Part shown: positions 9,661 to 19,656 of the stretch, one piece after another
Layout: each line of letters starts with the position of its first letter
Numbering within the stretch: position 1 is the stretch's first letter
DNA from: a virus
Taxonomy: Duplodnaviria; Caudoviricetes
DNA: 64,000 bases
Strand: one strand, 5' to 3'
Virus record (IMG/VR): IMGVR_UViG_3300034061_004620
Position numbers and translations under genes: made by a program
Notes under the pieces: generated by a model
Seen by the model: the letters and a program-made list of their open reading frames with translations, nothing else
Databases searched by the model: none
Told to the model about the DNA's origin: nothing

Positions 9661-10848
9661 ATGGCATTAGCACAATCTGTTAAAGCACCTAAAAAAGCAC
9701 CACCAAAAAAACGTGATCCGCTATTTGCTGATGAAAAGTACACCGGACGTGAACCAGTCTGGGATACAGAACGAGCACTTGCAATGACACAAGAGGAGTT
9801 TGATCATCACTTGCGTAAAAGTTTTTTTTACTACAACTACTTTTATGTACAAAAAGATCTCAAAAAACATGCAGTAAAGTGGATGCAAGACAACAAATAC
9901 AGCAAAGCAGAAGTTTCTGCCTTTGTTCGCAGCCCAGACCGCGCAGTTACAATGACTGCTTACAGTCTGCTTATGTCAAGTCTGCAAGGTATGCCGTTCC
10001 GTGAAAAAGAACTTGCTTACTTCAAGCAACAAATTGCCAATGCCATCAGTTCAGCTGACGCAGAGCCAGCAGAAACTGTGACAGGCGCAAAAGCAGCGGT
10101 GCCGATTGCGGCAGTGCGAGTGCCCACTATTCAGGACAGGCTCAACGAAAAAACCAGCGAGCATCTGGCACACTTTGAAGGACTGTATGACGAAGTGTGC
10201 ATGGGCACCACTGTTGATCCCAAAGCCTACGATTATCTGGTTTCAAACGCAGTGCCACAAAGCCAGATTAAAAAGTTTGAAGACCTGTTCATGCGGCGCA
10301 AGACCGAGTTGGGCGAAGCTGTAGGTAAAGTTGACGAACAAATAGTGGAAGCGTACCGGCATTACAAAACTGCGGACTTTAAACGGTTGCATGCGTTTAT
10401 TCAATGCATCTTAGACGCTCTGGACCAATACCGTTCAGTTAAAAAAGCTACAAAGAAGGCTCGCGTAAAACGTGCGCCCAACAAGGAAAAAGTTGTCAGC
10501 AAGCTCAAGTACATGAAGGAAGAAAAGACACTCAAGCTGGTGAGTATTAATCCAGTTGATATCATTGGCGCACAAGAGTTGTGGACATACAACACAAAGA
10601 CCCGTAAACTGTACAAGTACATTGCCGACAGCTTGCACGGACCGTTGGGTGTAAAAGGTACCAGCCTAACCGGATTTGATGACGCCAAATCTGTAGGTAA
10701 AACTTTGCGTAAACCCGATGAAAAGCTCAAGGAGTTTGGCCGAGCCAGCAAGGTACAGCTACGCAAGTTCTTGGACGAAATCAAAGCCACAGAAACTGTA
10801 GGTAACGGGCGTATCAATGCTGACATGATTCTGCTTCGAATCAACTAA
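9661..10848 (+). CDS. Conserved hypothetical protein of T4-like phages
   Basis: 395 aa, SD AAGGAG; C-terminal ELWTYNTKTRKL..VKGTSLTGFD..KTLRKP block recalled from T4-like phages; function unknown. Confidence 0.7.
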   Translation: MALAQSVKAPKKAPPKKRDPLFADEKYTGREPVWDTERALAMTQEEFDHHLRKSFFYYNYFYVQKDLKKHAVKWMQDNKYSKAEVSAFVRSPDRAVTMTAYSLLMSSLQGMPFREKELAYFKQQIANAISSADAEPAETVTGAKAAVPIAAVRVPTIQDRLNEKTSEHLAHFEGLYDEVCMGTTVDPKAYDYLVSNAVPQSQIKKFEDLFMRRKTELGEAVGKVDEQIVEAYRHYKTADFKRLHAFIQCILDALDQYRSVKKATKKARVKRAPNKEKVVSKLKYMKEEKTLKLVSINPVDIIGAQELWTYNTKTRKLYKYIADSLHGPLGVKGTSLTGFDDAKSVGKTLRKPDEKLKEFGRASKVQLRKFLDEIKATETVGNGRINADMILLRIN

Positions 10849-10854
10849 GAGCAA

Positions 10855-10885
10855 GGTGTCCTGGTAAATACACTATCAGGACACC
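10855..10885 (+). promoter_or_regulatory. Late promoter inside an SD-sequestering hairpin
   Basis: GGTGTCCTG-gTAAATAcactat-CAGGACACC: 9-bp perfect stem, TAAATA (10865-10870) in the loop, AGGA SD in the 3' arm, ATG at 10889. Confidence 0.8.
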
Positions 10886-10888
10886 CAA

Positions 10889-11815
10889 ATGGCCACAGCA
10901 GATACAACCAACTTTTACGCCAATGGCGTAATGATTACAGACAGTCTTTACAATCCAGTTACTGGAACAGGCACTGGGCACATTGCCTATGATCCCAACG
11001 AAACACTCGGGAACATTTCTGCGCCCGAACTTGACACAGTCAATAATAAACGTACCGAAATCACGGACTATATTAGACTGCGTTTAGCCGACGGTATAGT
11101 AGACGTAGAATTAGATAAAGAGCATTATGATTTAGCCATTAACCAAGCTCTTATCAAATATAGACAACGTGCCGCCAACAGCCAAGAAGAGTCTTACGCT
11201 TTCTTAAAACTAAAACCTGAAACACAAGAATATATATTACCCAACGAAGTTATGGAGGTACGTGCTGCCTATCGCAGAGGTATAGGATCAGTTACTGGTA
11301 CTACAGCCAGCCAATTTGAGCCATTTAGTTCCGGGTACCTGAACACCTACATGCTTGTAGCTGGCAGAGTGGGCGGACTGTTAAGCTATGAACTATTTGT
11401 TGATTATCAGAAAATGTCAATGAAGATGTTTGGCGGATACTTAAATTTTTATTTTAATAAAACAACTAAAAAGTTAACTCTTATACGTAAAATTCCATAT
11501 GCTGGTGCAAATCAACAAGAAGAACAAATGGAAGATTGTTTGCTGCACATATACAATTACAAACCTGACAGCATGTTGTTAAACGATTTCCAAGCGTTTC
11601 CTTGGATCCAAGAGTATGCATACAGCTTTGCCAAACGTATCCTGGGCGAAGCAAGAGAAAAGTTTGGCAGTATTGCAGGTCCACAAGGCGGAACGCAACT
11701 GAACGGTGCCAGTTTAAAAGCAGAAGCAGTAAATGAAATTACCGAATTAGAAAAGCAACTGTTAGACGCAGTAGATGGCTCTATTCCTACGTCAGCATTT
11801 TTTGTTATAGGTTAA
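10889..11815 (+). CDS. gp13: Neck protein, T4 gp13-like
   Basis: YIRLRLADGIVDVELDKEHYDLAINQAL..W.QEYAY..KRILGEAREKF..GGTQLNG pattern of gp13. Confidence 0.75.
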   Translation: MATADTTNFYANGVMITDSLYNPVTGTGTGHIAYDPNETLGNISAPELDTVNNKRTEITDYIRLRLADGIVDVELDKEHYDLAINQALIKYRQRAANSQEESYAFLKLKPETQEYILPNEVMEVRAAYRRGIGSVTGTTASQFEPFSSGYLNTYMLVAGRVGGLLSYELFVDYQKMSMKMFGGYLNFYFNKTTKKLTLIRKIPYAGANQQEEQMEDCLLHIYNYKPDSMLLNDFQAFPWIQEYAYSFAKRILGEAREKFGSIAGPQGGTQLNGASLKAEAVNEITELEKQLLDAVDGSIPTSAFFVIG

Positions 11816-11816
11816 C

Positions 11817-12191
11817 ATGAAAATCAAAGACATTATCATTGAGCAAAAAGGTGTGTTAAAAGATCGGGCACGATTGGCCACACGTGGGTTAAATAAGTTC
11901 TCAGACGCAAAAAAATGGAACGGCGATTACACACTTTATAGACTTGGTTTGGCGTTGGCGTCCACAGACGGTAAAGAAATGCCAGATGTTGACGAAGAAT
12001 CTTGGATTGGTAAGTGGAAACTGGCAGCACCCTATACTCAAGCTGAGCAAGACATGCTAAACTTGGCATACAAAGCAGTGGATGCAAATGTTGAAGATAT
12101 GAATCACGGAGATATGAAAAGTCAAGAATGTCACACTGTGAACAAATCCAGTCCGGTAGCTGTAAACAAAAAGAACAAATATGGTGTTTGA
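11817..12191 (+). CDS. Hypothetical protein with a capsid-targeting-like leader (MKIKDIIIE)
   Basis: 124 aa ORF coupled to gp13; N-terminus ends in I-I-E. Confidence 0.55.
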   Translation: MKIKDIIIEQKGVLKDRARLATRGLNKFSDAKKWNGDYTLYRLGLALASTDGKEMPDVDEESWIGKWKLAAPYTQAEQDMLNLAYKAVDANVEDMNHGDMKSQECHTVNKSSPVAVNKKNKYGV

Positions 12192-12237
12192 CTTGTGCTT
12201 AAAAATAAATTAAAATGCTCCTTAGGGGGCATTTTTT
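12188..12237 (+). promoter_or_regulatory. Sigma70 promoter overlapping a terminator-like hairpin
   Basis: TTGACT (12188)-17 nt-TAAAAT (12211); hairpin AAAATGCTCC-ttag-GGGGCATTTT-TT ends just before ATG 12238. Confidence 0.7.
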
Positions 12238-12903
12238 ATGATCATAGGTATTACAGGTTTTATTGGATCTGGTAAAGACACAGTAGCAAATTATCTTGTT
12301 GCCAAACATGGATTTGTAAGAGACAGTTATGCTGGTACGCTTAAAGATGCTGTAGCCAGAGTATTTGGGTGGGATAGAGAACTGTTAGAAGGACTAACAC
12401 CCGAAGCCAGAGAATGGCGAGAACAAGTAGACCCGTGGTGGGCAAAACGACTGGACATGCCCCGACTCACTCCTCGGTATATGCTGCAACTTTGGGGGAC
12501 AGAAGTTTGCCGTAAAGCATTTCATAATGATATATGGATTGCCAGCTTAGAAAATAGACTCCGTAAAACCACTGAAGATATTGTTATCAGTGATGTGCGT
12601 TTTCCTAATGAAATAGCTGCTATTAGAAAACACGGTGGAATCTGTGTATGGGTAAAACGTGGATCATTACCACAGTGGTATGATTGTGCGTTACGTGAAA
12701 ACACCACACACGAACATAGCCAATGGCTATTAGAAGATGCCGGACAGCTTATGCCGCAACAGTATCCTGATGTGCATCACAGCGAGTGGGCTTGGATTGG
12801 GCAAGCATTCGACTACGAACTGGACAACAACGGCACAGTAGAAGATTTATACCAGCAAGTTAATAATCTGCTACAAGCGGACTCTCACGCCAAGTTGTTT
12901 TAG
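12238..12903 (+). CDS. gp1: Deoxynucleoside monophosphate kinase, T4 gp1-like
   Basis: P-loop GITGFIGSGKDT, YAGTLKDAV, RYMLQLWGTEV, ISDVRFPNE. Confidence 0.9.
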   Translation: MIIGITGFIGSGKDTVANYLVAKHGFVRDSYAGTLKDAVARVFGWDRELLEGLTPEAREWREQVDPWWAKRLDMPRLTPRYMLQLWGTEVCRKAFHNDIWIASLENRLRKTTEDIVISDVRFPNEIAAIRKHGGICVWVKRGSLPQWYDCALRENTTHEHSQWLLEDAGQLMPQQYPDVHHSEWAWIGQAFDYELDNNGTVEDLYQQVNNLLQADSHAKLF

Positions 12904-13204
12904 AGTTATCAATATCAATTCTACAGTTAGCACAAACTGACCGTAGATTTGTCCAATCATTGTTCTTGAGATTGCCGTCAATGTGAAAAACAAACATTTG
13001 ATTGGCGGTTTTTGCTTTAAAATTGCAACGGTCACACGCTAATTTTTTCTTATACCCGGTCTTGATCCAACCGGGCGAAACACGATTCTTTTTACCCTTG
13101 CGTAAACAACCTGCACACATTTTCCTGTAGCGTGTTTTTTCACCTGAATGATAATTAATAGCTACAGGATTGCCATGACATGCTGCACATAATGGTCTAT
13201 TCAT
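12860..13204 (-). CDS. Zn-finger / HNH-like protein
   Basis: CxxC pairs (CAAC, CAGC, CDRC, CANC) and FHIDGNLKNNDWTNL; start moved to the second ATG because the first overlaps the TAAATA at 13215-13210. Confidence 0.65.
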   Translation of the reverse strand: MNRPLCAACHGNPVAINYHSGEKTRYRKMCAGCLRKGKKNRVSPGWIKTGYKKKLACDRCNFKAKTANQMFVFHIDGNLKNNDWTNLRSVCANCRIDIDNSKTTWRESPLVADY

Positions 13205-13259
13205 AGTCATATTTATATATAAACCTTTCGAAAGGCACCTGTACAGCCATAAAATAATA

Positions 13260-13296
13260 TCCTTTTAATAAATACACAAAATGTTTGTTAAAAGGA
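13260..13296 (+). promoter_or_regulatory. Late promoter inside a 15-bp SD-sequestering hairpin
   Basis: TCCTTTTAATAAATA (13260-13274) pairs with TGTTTGTTAAAAGGA (13282-13296; 2 G-U pairs), 7-nt loop; AAAGGA SD in the 3' arm, ATG at 13304. Confidence 0.75.
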
Positions 13297-13303
13297 AAAA
13301 AAC

Positions 13304-16300
13304 ATGGCACTCGTATCCGCAGGTTTAGAAATTAGCGTAACAGACGAAAGTCAATACGTACCAGGAGCAGTGGGCACTATCCCACTTATTATAATGGCCA
13401 CAGCGCAAGATAAAACAAATCCGTCTGGCGCTATTGCAACTGACACTACATCGGCAAGAGCTGGCAAATTATTAGCATTTAGTAGTCAGCGAGAACTTAT
13501 CAGTGCTATGGGCTATCCAAGCTTTAAGCAAAGTGCAGCTGGCACCCCATTACATGGCGATGAACGCAATGAATACGGTTTGATGGCAGCTTATAGTGCG
13601 CTGGGCAACGTTAATAGAATCTATGCCATACGTGCAGACGTTGATTTAAATGCCTTAGAAGGTACCAGTGTCAGACCTACCAACCCAGTTGCTAATGGTA
13701 CACATTGGTTAGACTTGTCAGAATCAACCTGGGGCATTAACGAATGGGATGCTGTAAATTCTACTTTTAGTTTAAAATCTCCTTTATTAGTAACAGACAA
13801 TGCCAATGACACAACTTCAGTAGGTGGAATTAATACACCTAAAAGCAGTATTGGACAAATTGGACAGTATGCAATTGCTTGGACAGGTACCAATGCACAT
13901 ATGTTTTACAAAGCAGGCTCAAGTTTGCCAGTTCAAGGCGTGGTACAGGCACCTGCGACAGATTCTAAATATAACGTATGGGTAAGATTAGGTACAGCAG
14001 ATTGGCAAAGATCTTGGGCCACTGTCAAAGGCACAGTTACAGTTACAGATGGTAATGCAGATCTTATTCCTGCAAGTACACCGGCTGCATCTATTACAAT
14101 TAATGGCACCACAATCACGGTTGGTAATACCGGTGCAGCCAGAAGTCTAAATCAGGTGGTTACAGCTATTACTGGTATCACAGGTGTCACAGCAGCTAAT
14201 GTAGGTGGTAAGCTGTTCTTGTATGCCACAAGTTTGGCAGAAAGCGTTCCAGGTACCGCAGATGGTAAAATTTTAATTGGTAACAGCTCAGGGACTCCGT
14301 TGGCTACGTTAGGAATTACAGCCGGCGAATACGCAAACACACAACTTGAATATGGAAATTTTGCTCAAATTCCAAGTTGGAGAAGCACAGATACTACACC
14401 ACGACCAAGTGGTAGTGTATTTGTCAAAATTGGGGCAACAGGTAGCGGTGCCGATCAAGTAATTAAACGATACAGTGCATCAACTGGTCAGTGGTTGACT
14501 CTTGCTACAGAATTTTACGAGAGAGCCGAAGATGCGCTATTTGGTTTAGATCCAAGCGGTGGCGGTAATGGTATTGCAGCAGGCACAGTATGGGTAGGAT
14601 ACGATCCATTAAGAACACAAACTGGAGGATACAAGCCATTTAGACGCAGGGTTTCTGGACAAACAGTAGTAAGCGGTAGCGCCACAGCAGCCAATCCATT
14701 TACAGCAGCCGATGCGTTAATTATTGGCGTAACAGAAATTGGTTCTGCCGATATCACGGAATACACTGTGACACTGACTGGTACAAGCACAGGCAGTTTT
14801 GTAAGTGACGTATTAGCTACAAATATTCCTGAAATAAACGTAAGTGTGAGCACTTCTAATGTGATCACATTTACTCATATCTATGGAGGTGACATCTATC
14901 TTACCGACGATGTTGGAACTCCAACAGCTGATGCAGGATTTACCAGTACCACAACAGGAACTATCGTATATGGGTCAACTCTGGCACTAACTAATTGGGA
15001 AATTCCTAACAGCACCAGTTTTATTGTAACTTACAGTACCACAGAACCGTACCAAGAGCCAGCAGACGGTACTTTATGGTACTACAGTGATCCTGCTACA
15101 GTTGACATCATGATTAATGAAATTGGTGGTTGGAGATCTTATCATAGCAGCTATTACGACGGCTCTACCACAGACGCAAGAGGCTTTGATCTAAGTCTAA
15201 CCGATCCTGAAGGTGTTATTATCAGTGCAAGTCAGCCTACACAACAAAGTGATGGCGTAACGGCATTAGCAGCAGGAGATTTATGGTTAGACAGTGGTGA
15301 CCTTGAAAATTATCCAGTGCTGTACAGATATGATGGCTCAGACTGGATTCTGATTGATAACACCGATCAGGTAGGGCAAAATGGTATATTATTTGCTGAT
15401 GCCCGTTGGGATACATCAGGTACAACTGATATTATCACTGACAGTTTACCATCAATTACTGATCTATTAGAAAGCGATTATTTAGATCAAGATGCACCTG
15501 ACTTTAGATTGTATCCGCGTGGTATGTTATTGTTTAACACAAGACGCAGTGGTTACAATATCAAACAGTATGTGAGTAATAAATTTAATGCAACAGCATA
15601 CCCTGATTTACCAGCCGTGCCAGGCGCCGGAGGTAGTTTGCCAGCAGTGAAAAATACATGGCAAACAGCCAGTGGGTTGAAAGACAACGGAAGTCCGTAC
15701 ATGGGTCGCCAAGCACAGCGTAGAATGATTACAGCAGCTATGCAGGCAGCGTTGATAGCCAGTACCGAAGTCCGTGAAGAACAATTTGCATTCAATATTA
15801 TTTGTGCACCAGGTTATCCAGAAGTAATTGATGAGATGGTAGCATTAAATAACGATCGTGCAAACACAGCATTTATCATTGGCGACACACCGATGCGACT
15901 TGCACCAAATGCAATTGACATTGCCAATTGGAGCAACAACGCCAACGGTGACGGTCTGGCAATATCTGATCCTTACCTGGGCGTGTATTATCCATGCGGT
16001 CAGACAAGTGATTTGCAAGGCAACTCGATTGTAGTACCAGCCAGTCATATGGCATTACGTACAATGATTTTTAATGACAATGTAGCCTATCAATGGTTTG
16101 CTCCAGCCGGAACACGAAGAGGCTTAATTGATAATGCCAGCAGCATTGGTTATATTGATGCCAATACTGGTGAGTTTAATTTTAACAGCATACGTGTGGG
16201 ACTAAGAGACACATTGTATGAAAATAGAATTAATCCTATTACAAACTTACCTGGTGTTGGTCTTGTTGTATGGGGGCAGAAAACTCGTAACCCAACTGCA

Positions 16301-16630
16301 AGCAGTCTGGATCGTATCAATGTTGCAAGACTGGTCAACTATATAAGAACTATTCTTGCAAATGTGGGCAATGGTTTCTTGTTTGAACCAAACGATAAAA
16401 TCACTCGTGATCAGATCAAGAACGTAATTAGCGGAGCTATTAACGATCTTGTGTCAAAACGCGGTATTTACGACTATCTTGTTGTTTGTGACGATACTAA
16501 CAATACACCAACACGTATTGCACGTAATGAATTGTACGTTGATATTGCAATTGAGCCTATGAAAGATGTAGAGTTTATTTACATTCCAATTCGTTTAAAG
16601 AACCCAGGTGACATTGCAGCAGGAGTATAA
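13304..16630 (+). CDS. gp18: Contractile tail sheath protein (large, with insertions)
   Basis: N-terminal LVSAGLEISVTDESQY; C-terminal WFAPAG..RG, RINPIT..VWGQKT..SLDRINVARL..FLFEPND..IAIEPMKDVEFIYIPI. Confidence 0.95.
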   Translation: MALVSAGLEISVTDESQYVPGAVGTIPLIIMATAQDKTNPSGAIATDTTSARAGKLLAFSSQRELISAMGYPSFKQSAAGTPLHGDERNEYGLMAAYSALGNVNRIYAIRADVDLNALEGTSVRPTNPVANGTHWLDLSESTWGINEWDAVNSTFSLKSPLLVTDNANDTTSVGGINTPKSSIGQIGQYAIAWTGTNAHMFYKAGSSLPVQGVVQAPATDSKYNVWVRLGTADWQRSWATVKGTVTVTDGNADLIPASTPAASITINGTTITVGNTGAARSLNQVVTAITGITGVTAANVGGKLFLYATSLAESVPGTADGKILIGNSSGTPLATLGITAGEYANTQLEYGNFAQIPSWRSTDTTPRPSGSVFVKIGATGSGADQVIKRYSASTGQWLTLATEFYERAEDALFGLDPSGGGNGIAAGTVWVGYDPLRTQTGGYKPFRRRVSGQTVVSGSATAANPFTAADALIIGVTEIGSADITEYTVTLTGTSTGSFVSDVLATNIPEINVSVSTSNVITFTHIYGGDIYLTDDVGTPTADAGFTSTTTGTIVYGSTLALTNWEIPNSTSFIVTYSTTEPYQEPADGTLWYYSDPATVDIMINEIGGWRSYHSSYYDGSTTDARGFDLSLTDPEGVIISASQPTQQSDGVTALAAGDLWLDSGDLENYPVLYRYDGSDWILIDNTDQVGQNGILFADARWDTSGTTDIITDSLPSITDLLESDYLDQDAPDFRLYPRGMLLFNTRRSGYNIKQYVSNKFNATAYPDLPAVPGAGGSLPAVKNTWQTASGLKDNGSPYMGRQAQRRMITAAMQAALIASTEVREEQFAFNIICAPGYPEVIDEMVALNNDRANTAFIIGDTPMRLAPNAIDIANWSNNANGDGLAISDPYLGVYYPCGQTSDLQGNSIVVPASHMALRTMIFNDNVAYQWFAPAGTRRGLIDNASSIGYIDANTGEFNFNSIRVGLRDTLYENRINPITNLPGVGLVVWGQKTRNPTASSLDRINVARLVNYIRTILANVGNGFLFEPNDKITRDQIKNVISGAINDLVSKRGIYDYLVVCDDTNNTPTRIARNELYVDIAIEPMKDVEFIYIPIRLKNPGDIAAGV

Positions 16631-16639
16631 TATGGGTAA

Positions 16640-16658
16640 GGGGGTGTAAAATACCCCC
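16640..16658 (+). terminator. GC-rich hairpin between sheath and tube genes (terminator or processing site)
   Basis: GGGGGTGT-aaa-ATACCCCC; no clean U-tract, so function is uncertain. Confidence 0.4.
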
Positions 16659-16681
16659 GAAAAATTTTGGAAAAAATTTGA

Positions 16682-16687
16682 TAAATA
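16682..16687 (+). promoter_or_regulatory. Late promoter TAAATA (gp19)
   Basis: ATAAATA, then SD AGGAG, then ATG 16708. Confidence 0.7.
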
Positions 16688-16707
16688 CCTATAACAGGAG
16701 AATATAA

Positions 16708-17331
16708 ATGGCAATAGCCTCATTAAACAGATTTACAGTACCTTTAGCAACTAATCAAAGTGCGAGCACCCAAGGTCTGCTAATGCCTAAACTAAAGTAT
16801 CGCTTCCGTGCGATATTTGAAAACTTTGGTGTAAGCAGCGACAGAGTTGAACTAACAAAACAAGTGGCAAGTATTAGCCGTCCTAACGTAAACTTCAATC
16901 CTTTTGTCATTGAGGCTTATAACAGTAAGGTTAACTTGGTTGGTAAACCAAGTTGGGAACCAGTCACTGTCACATTACGTGACGATGCCGGCGGCAATGT
17001 GAGCAAATTGGTTGGTGAGCAGATTCAGAAACAATTTGATTTTATGGAACAGGCATCAGCAAGCTCTGGCATTGATTACAAATTCCTTTTAAAGTTTGAA
17101 ATGTTAGATGGTGGCAATGGTGCTAACCAGCCTACCGTATTAGAAACTTGGGAACTGTATGGAGCGTTTGTTAATCAAGTAAATTATGGTGAAATGGCAT
17201 ATACTGAGAGTTCTCCAGCAGATATTACATTGACAGTGACTTACGATAATGCAATCCAGACTCCAACTGGAACAGGAGTAGGAACATTGGTAGGACGTAC
17301 ACTGGGAACATTGGTTACTGGTGTAAGTTAA
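16708..17331 (+). CDS. gp19: Tail tube protein
   Basis: PKLKYRFR..KPSWEPVTVTLRDD..W.L.GAF..VNYGE..ITLTVTYDNA; follows the sheath gene. Confidence 0.9.
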   Translation: MAIASLNRFTVPLATNQSASTQGLLMPKLKYRFRAIFENFGVSSDRVELTKQVASISRPNVNFNPFVIEAYNSKVNLVGKPSWEPVTVTLRDDAGGNVSKLVGEQIQKQFDFMEQASASSGIDYKFLLKFEMLDGGNGANQPTVLETWELYGAFVNQVNYGEMAYTESSPADITLTVTYDNAIQTPTGTGVGTLVGRTLGTLVTGVS

Positions 17332-17346
17332 TTATTTTGATTGTAG

Positions 17347-17379
17347 AAAAAATACCCGGTCAAATCCGGGTATTTTTTT
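17347..17379 (+). terminator. Rho-independent (bidirectional) terminator
   Basis: AAAAAATACCCGG-tcaaat-CCGGGTATTTTTTT. Confidence 0.85.
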
Positions 17380-17383
17380 GGCA

Positions 17384-17389
17384 TAAATA
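17384..17389 (+). promoter_or_regulatory. Late promoter TAAATA
   Basis: Directly after the terminator, 17 nt before ATG 17407. Confidence 0.65.
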
Positions 17390-17406
17390 TCTAAAAGGTA
17401 ATCATA

Positions 17407-19071
17407 ATGGGAATATTTGACGGTTTCTTAAAGCAACTTGCCACTGGCGATCAAATAAAAGATTTCAAACATGCCAGTCGTTTGTATGTTGACAATAACT
17501 ACGCTCTAAGCCCTAAATATGATTGGCTTTATCATGTGTACTTTGATTTAGATCCTACCTTGACCAAGGTAGCAAGAGATAGAGTATTAGAAGCAGGTAT
17601 GCTGGTCAAGTCGGTTGATTTACCCAAGTTTAATATAGACACCAAAACTTTCAACATGTATAACAGACCAGATGTTATACAAACAAAAATAAAATATGAC
17701 AACATACAAATAACTTTTCATGACGATCAGTCTGATGTGGTAAGAAATTTTTGGTTTGATTACATGCATCATTACTACAGAGATATGGATGCAAGTTATT
17801 CAGACAGTTCGGGTCAAATTCATCCGTTATATCATTCAAAAACACAGTATAGACTTGGTCAAAGGGATGTACTTAACAATTTTGGATATAAGCCAAGAAA
17901 TGGTGGCGGAGTCAACGGCGCACAGTATATCCAAGCAATAAGAATTTACAGTTTACATCAAAAAAGATTTAGTGAATATACACTTGTAAATCCCACTATA
18001 ATTAGTTTCAGTCACGGACAGCATCAGGCCAGCAGCAACGGGAGCCTGGAACATTCAATGACATTGGCCTATACTACCTTGCTTTATGCCAGCGGATATG
18101 TCACAAGAAACACTGTCAAAGGCTTTGCAGACTTACACTATGACAAATCGCCAAGTCCTTTAACCGCAGCGGGCGGCGGTACTAACAGCATATTAGGCCC
18201 TGGTGGTATAGTATCGGCGCTGGACAGTTTTGTACAAAACCCAGTGCGCGGAGCATTTGGATTATTTAGATCTTTTGAAAAAAATCAGAATGTTGACTTG
18301 GGTGGATTGGCAGCGGCAGAATTGTTGTCCGCCGGAACCGATATCTTGAATGGCAGAGATCCCAGAGACAGATTTTTTGTACCTTCAATTGGCAGTTTAG
18401 CCAATAGACCATCATCGGGTGGTTTTAGTCTTCCTGGCATACCCGGAGTATCGTCGGGCTCGGTCAACAGTAACGGATCGTCAATTGGACTTGGAACAGG
18501 TCTGGCTATTGGTGGTGCAGCACTGGCACTGACAGGCAAACCAGAATTGGGTGTAGGTGTGGCCATTGCAGGCTTACTGGTTAATAATAAAAATCAAATC
18601 ACCGGCGGTGAATTGGATAAAACTGTTGTAACAGACAAACCCGGCACTCCTGGAGCAGCAGAAACTGCAACAGCACTTACAGCGGTAGGCAGTGAATCTC
18701 CGTTCGCTGCGTTTAGTTTTGGAGGAGCAATCTTGAAAGTGGCCAAAGAACGCGAAGCCAAGGCCAAAGCAGAACAAGAGAAAAAGAATCAAGAACAAGC
18801 AGATGCTTATAGAAATTATTTTAGTTCTCCATCAAATGCTCCTACATATTTTTCAGGCACAAACCAAGTTGCATCAACAACTGGTGCATTAGCTCAAACA
18901 CCATATGGCGGCACTGTGATAGCCAGCAGCGGTCAGTTTACCGAAGTGGCAGCATTTAGAAATGTAGCAGGTGCTGAAGCAGGACAATTTATTCAAAATG
19001 GTAATCCACAACCGGCTTTGAGTTATGCAGGATACCCAACGTCGACTAATGCTGCAAAAGGAAACGCATAA
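17407..19071 (+). CDS. Baseplate tail-tube initiator/cap (T4 gp48/gp54-like, tube fold) with low-complexity C-terminus
   Basis: VKSVDLPKFNIDTKTFNMYNR..YDNIQITFHDD..FWFDY..YTLVNPTI..MTLAY tube-fold signature. Confidence 0.6.
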   Translation: MGIFDGFLKQLATGDQIKDFKHASRLYVDNNYALSPKYDWLYHVYFDLDPTLTKVARDRVLEAGMLVKSVDLPKFNIDTKTFNMYNRPDVIQTKIKYDNIQITFHDDQSDVVRNFWFDYMHHYYRDMDASYSDSSGQIHPLYHSKTQYRLGQRDVLNNFGYKPRNGGGVNGAQYIQAIRIYSLHQKRFSEYTLVNPTIISFSHGQHQASSNGSLEHSMTLAYTTLLYASGYVTRNTVKGFADLHYDKSPSPLTAAGGGTNSILGPGGIVSALDSFVQNPVRGAFGLFRSFEKNQNVDLGGLAAAELLSAGTDILNGRDPRDRFFVPSIGSLANRPSSGGFSLPGIPGVSSGSVNSNGSSIGLGTGLAIGGAALALTGKPELGVGVAIAGLLVNNKNQITGGELDKTVVTDKPGTPGAAETATALTAVGSESPFAAFSFGGAILKVAKEREAKAKAEQEKKNQEQADAYRNYFSSPSNAPTYFSGTNQVASTTGALAQTPYGGTVIASSGQFTEVAAFRNVAGAEAGQFIQNGNPQPALSYAGYPTSTNAAKGNA

Positions 19072-19253
19072 TGACAGCCAACAGTGCTATATTTTCAACT
19101 TCGTTGTTTGGAAACAGCAGTGGTAGTACTGCCGCCGAACAGGCAGAAATAGATACACATGCTAAAGAAATATTCTTGGCAAAAACAAGCACAAACAATT
19201 TACGTACAAAAGTACCTGTTGTGCCAAGCAATCAAAAGTACATGAGAGATTAA
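19071..19253 (+). CDS. Hypothetical protein (60 aa)
   Basis: Stop/start overlap (TAATG) with the upstream gene. Confidence 0.5.
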   Translation: MTANSAIFSTSLFGNSSGSTAAEQAEIDTHAKEIFLAKTSTNNLRTKVPVVPSNQKYMRD

Positions 19254-19254
19254 A

Positions 19255-19656
19255 ATGGCAAACATTTTAAAAAAAACAGTCACTGAACCAACCAATTTAG
19301 AACGTATCAACTTAAATACCTTTGATCCACCAAATGTGACCAAGTATTTTAATAATTTTTTTGAAATACCAGTAAACGTAAGCAGTAATGTTGACGCTGC
19401 AATTGTTGCTTATTTTCAGCAAATAGCAGATAACGAAATTGAAGCTCGAGCCCTGGCCAGTGCTGTAATTTATACCAGTGTCAAACAAGGTATCAATCCT
19501 ATGGAAACACTGAAACAGTTTCAGCGTCTACCGCCAGGTGAACTTGATGCATACACAGCATTATTTTTAAACTTTGAACGTAAGGGCACAAGTTATCTTG
19601 GTGTTACCAATCAGCCTGTGCAGAACAAATATATACAACGCAGTATAAGACCCTAA
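19255..19656 (+). CDS. Hypothetical virion protein
   Basis: 133 aa, tightly coupled within the tail operon. Confidence 0.6.
   Translation: MANILKKTVTEPTNLERINLNTFDPPNVTKYFNNFFEIPVNVSSNVDAAIVAYFQQIADNEIEARALASAVIYTSVKQGINPMETLKQFQRLPPGELDAYTALFLNFERKGTSYLGVTNQPVQNKYIQRSIRP

Noticed and set aside
19071-19656. Programmed frameshift for tail assembly chaperones
   Set aside because: T and A runs exist, but no convincing slippery site with an extended overlapping alternative frame.
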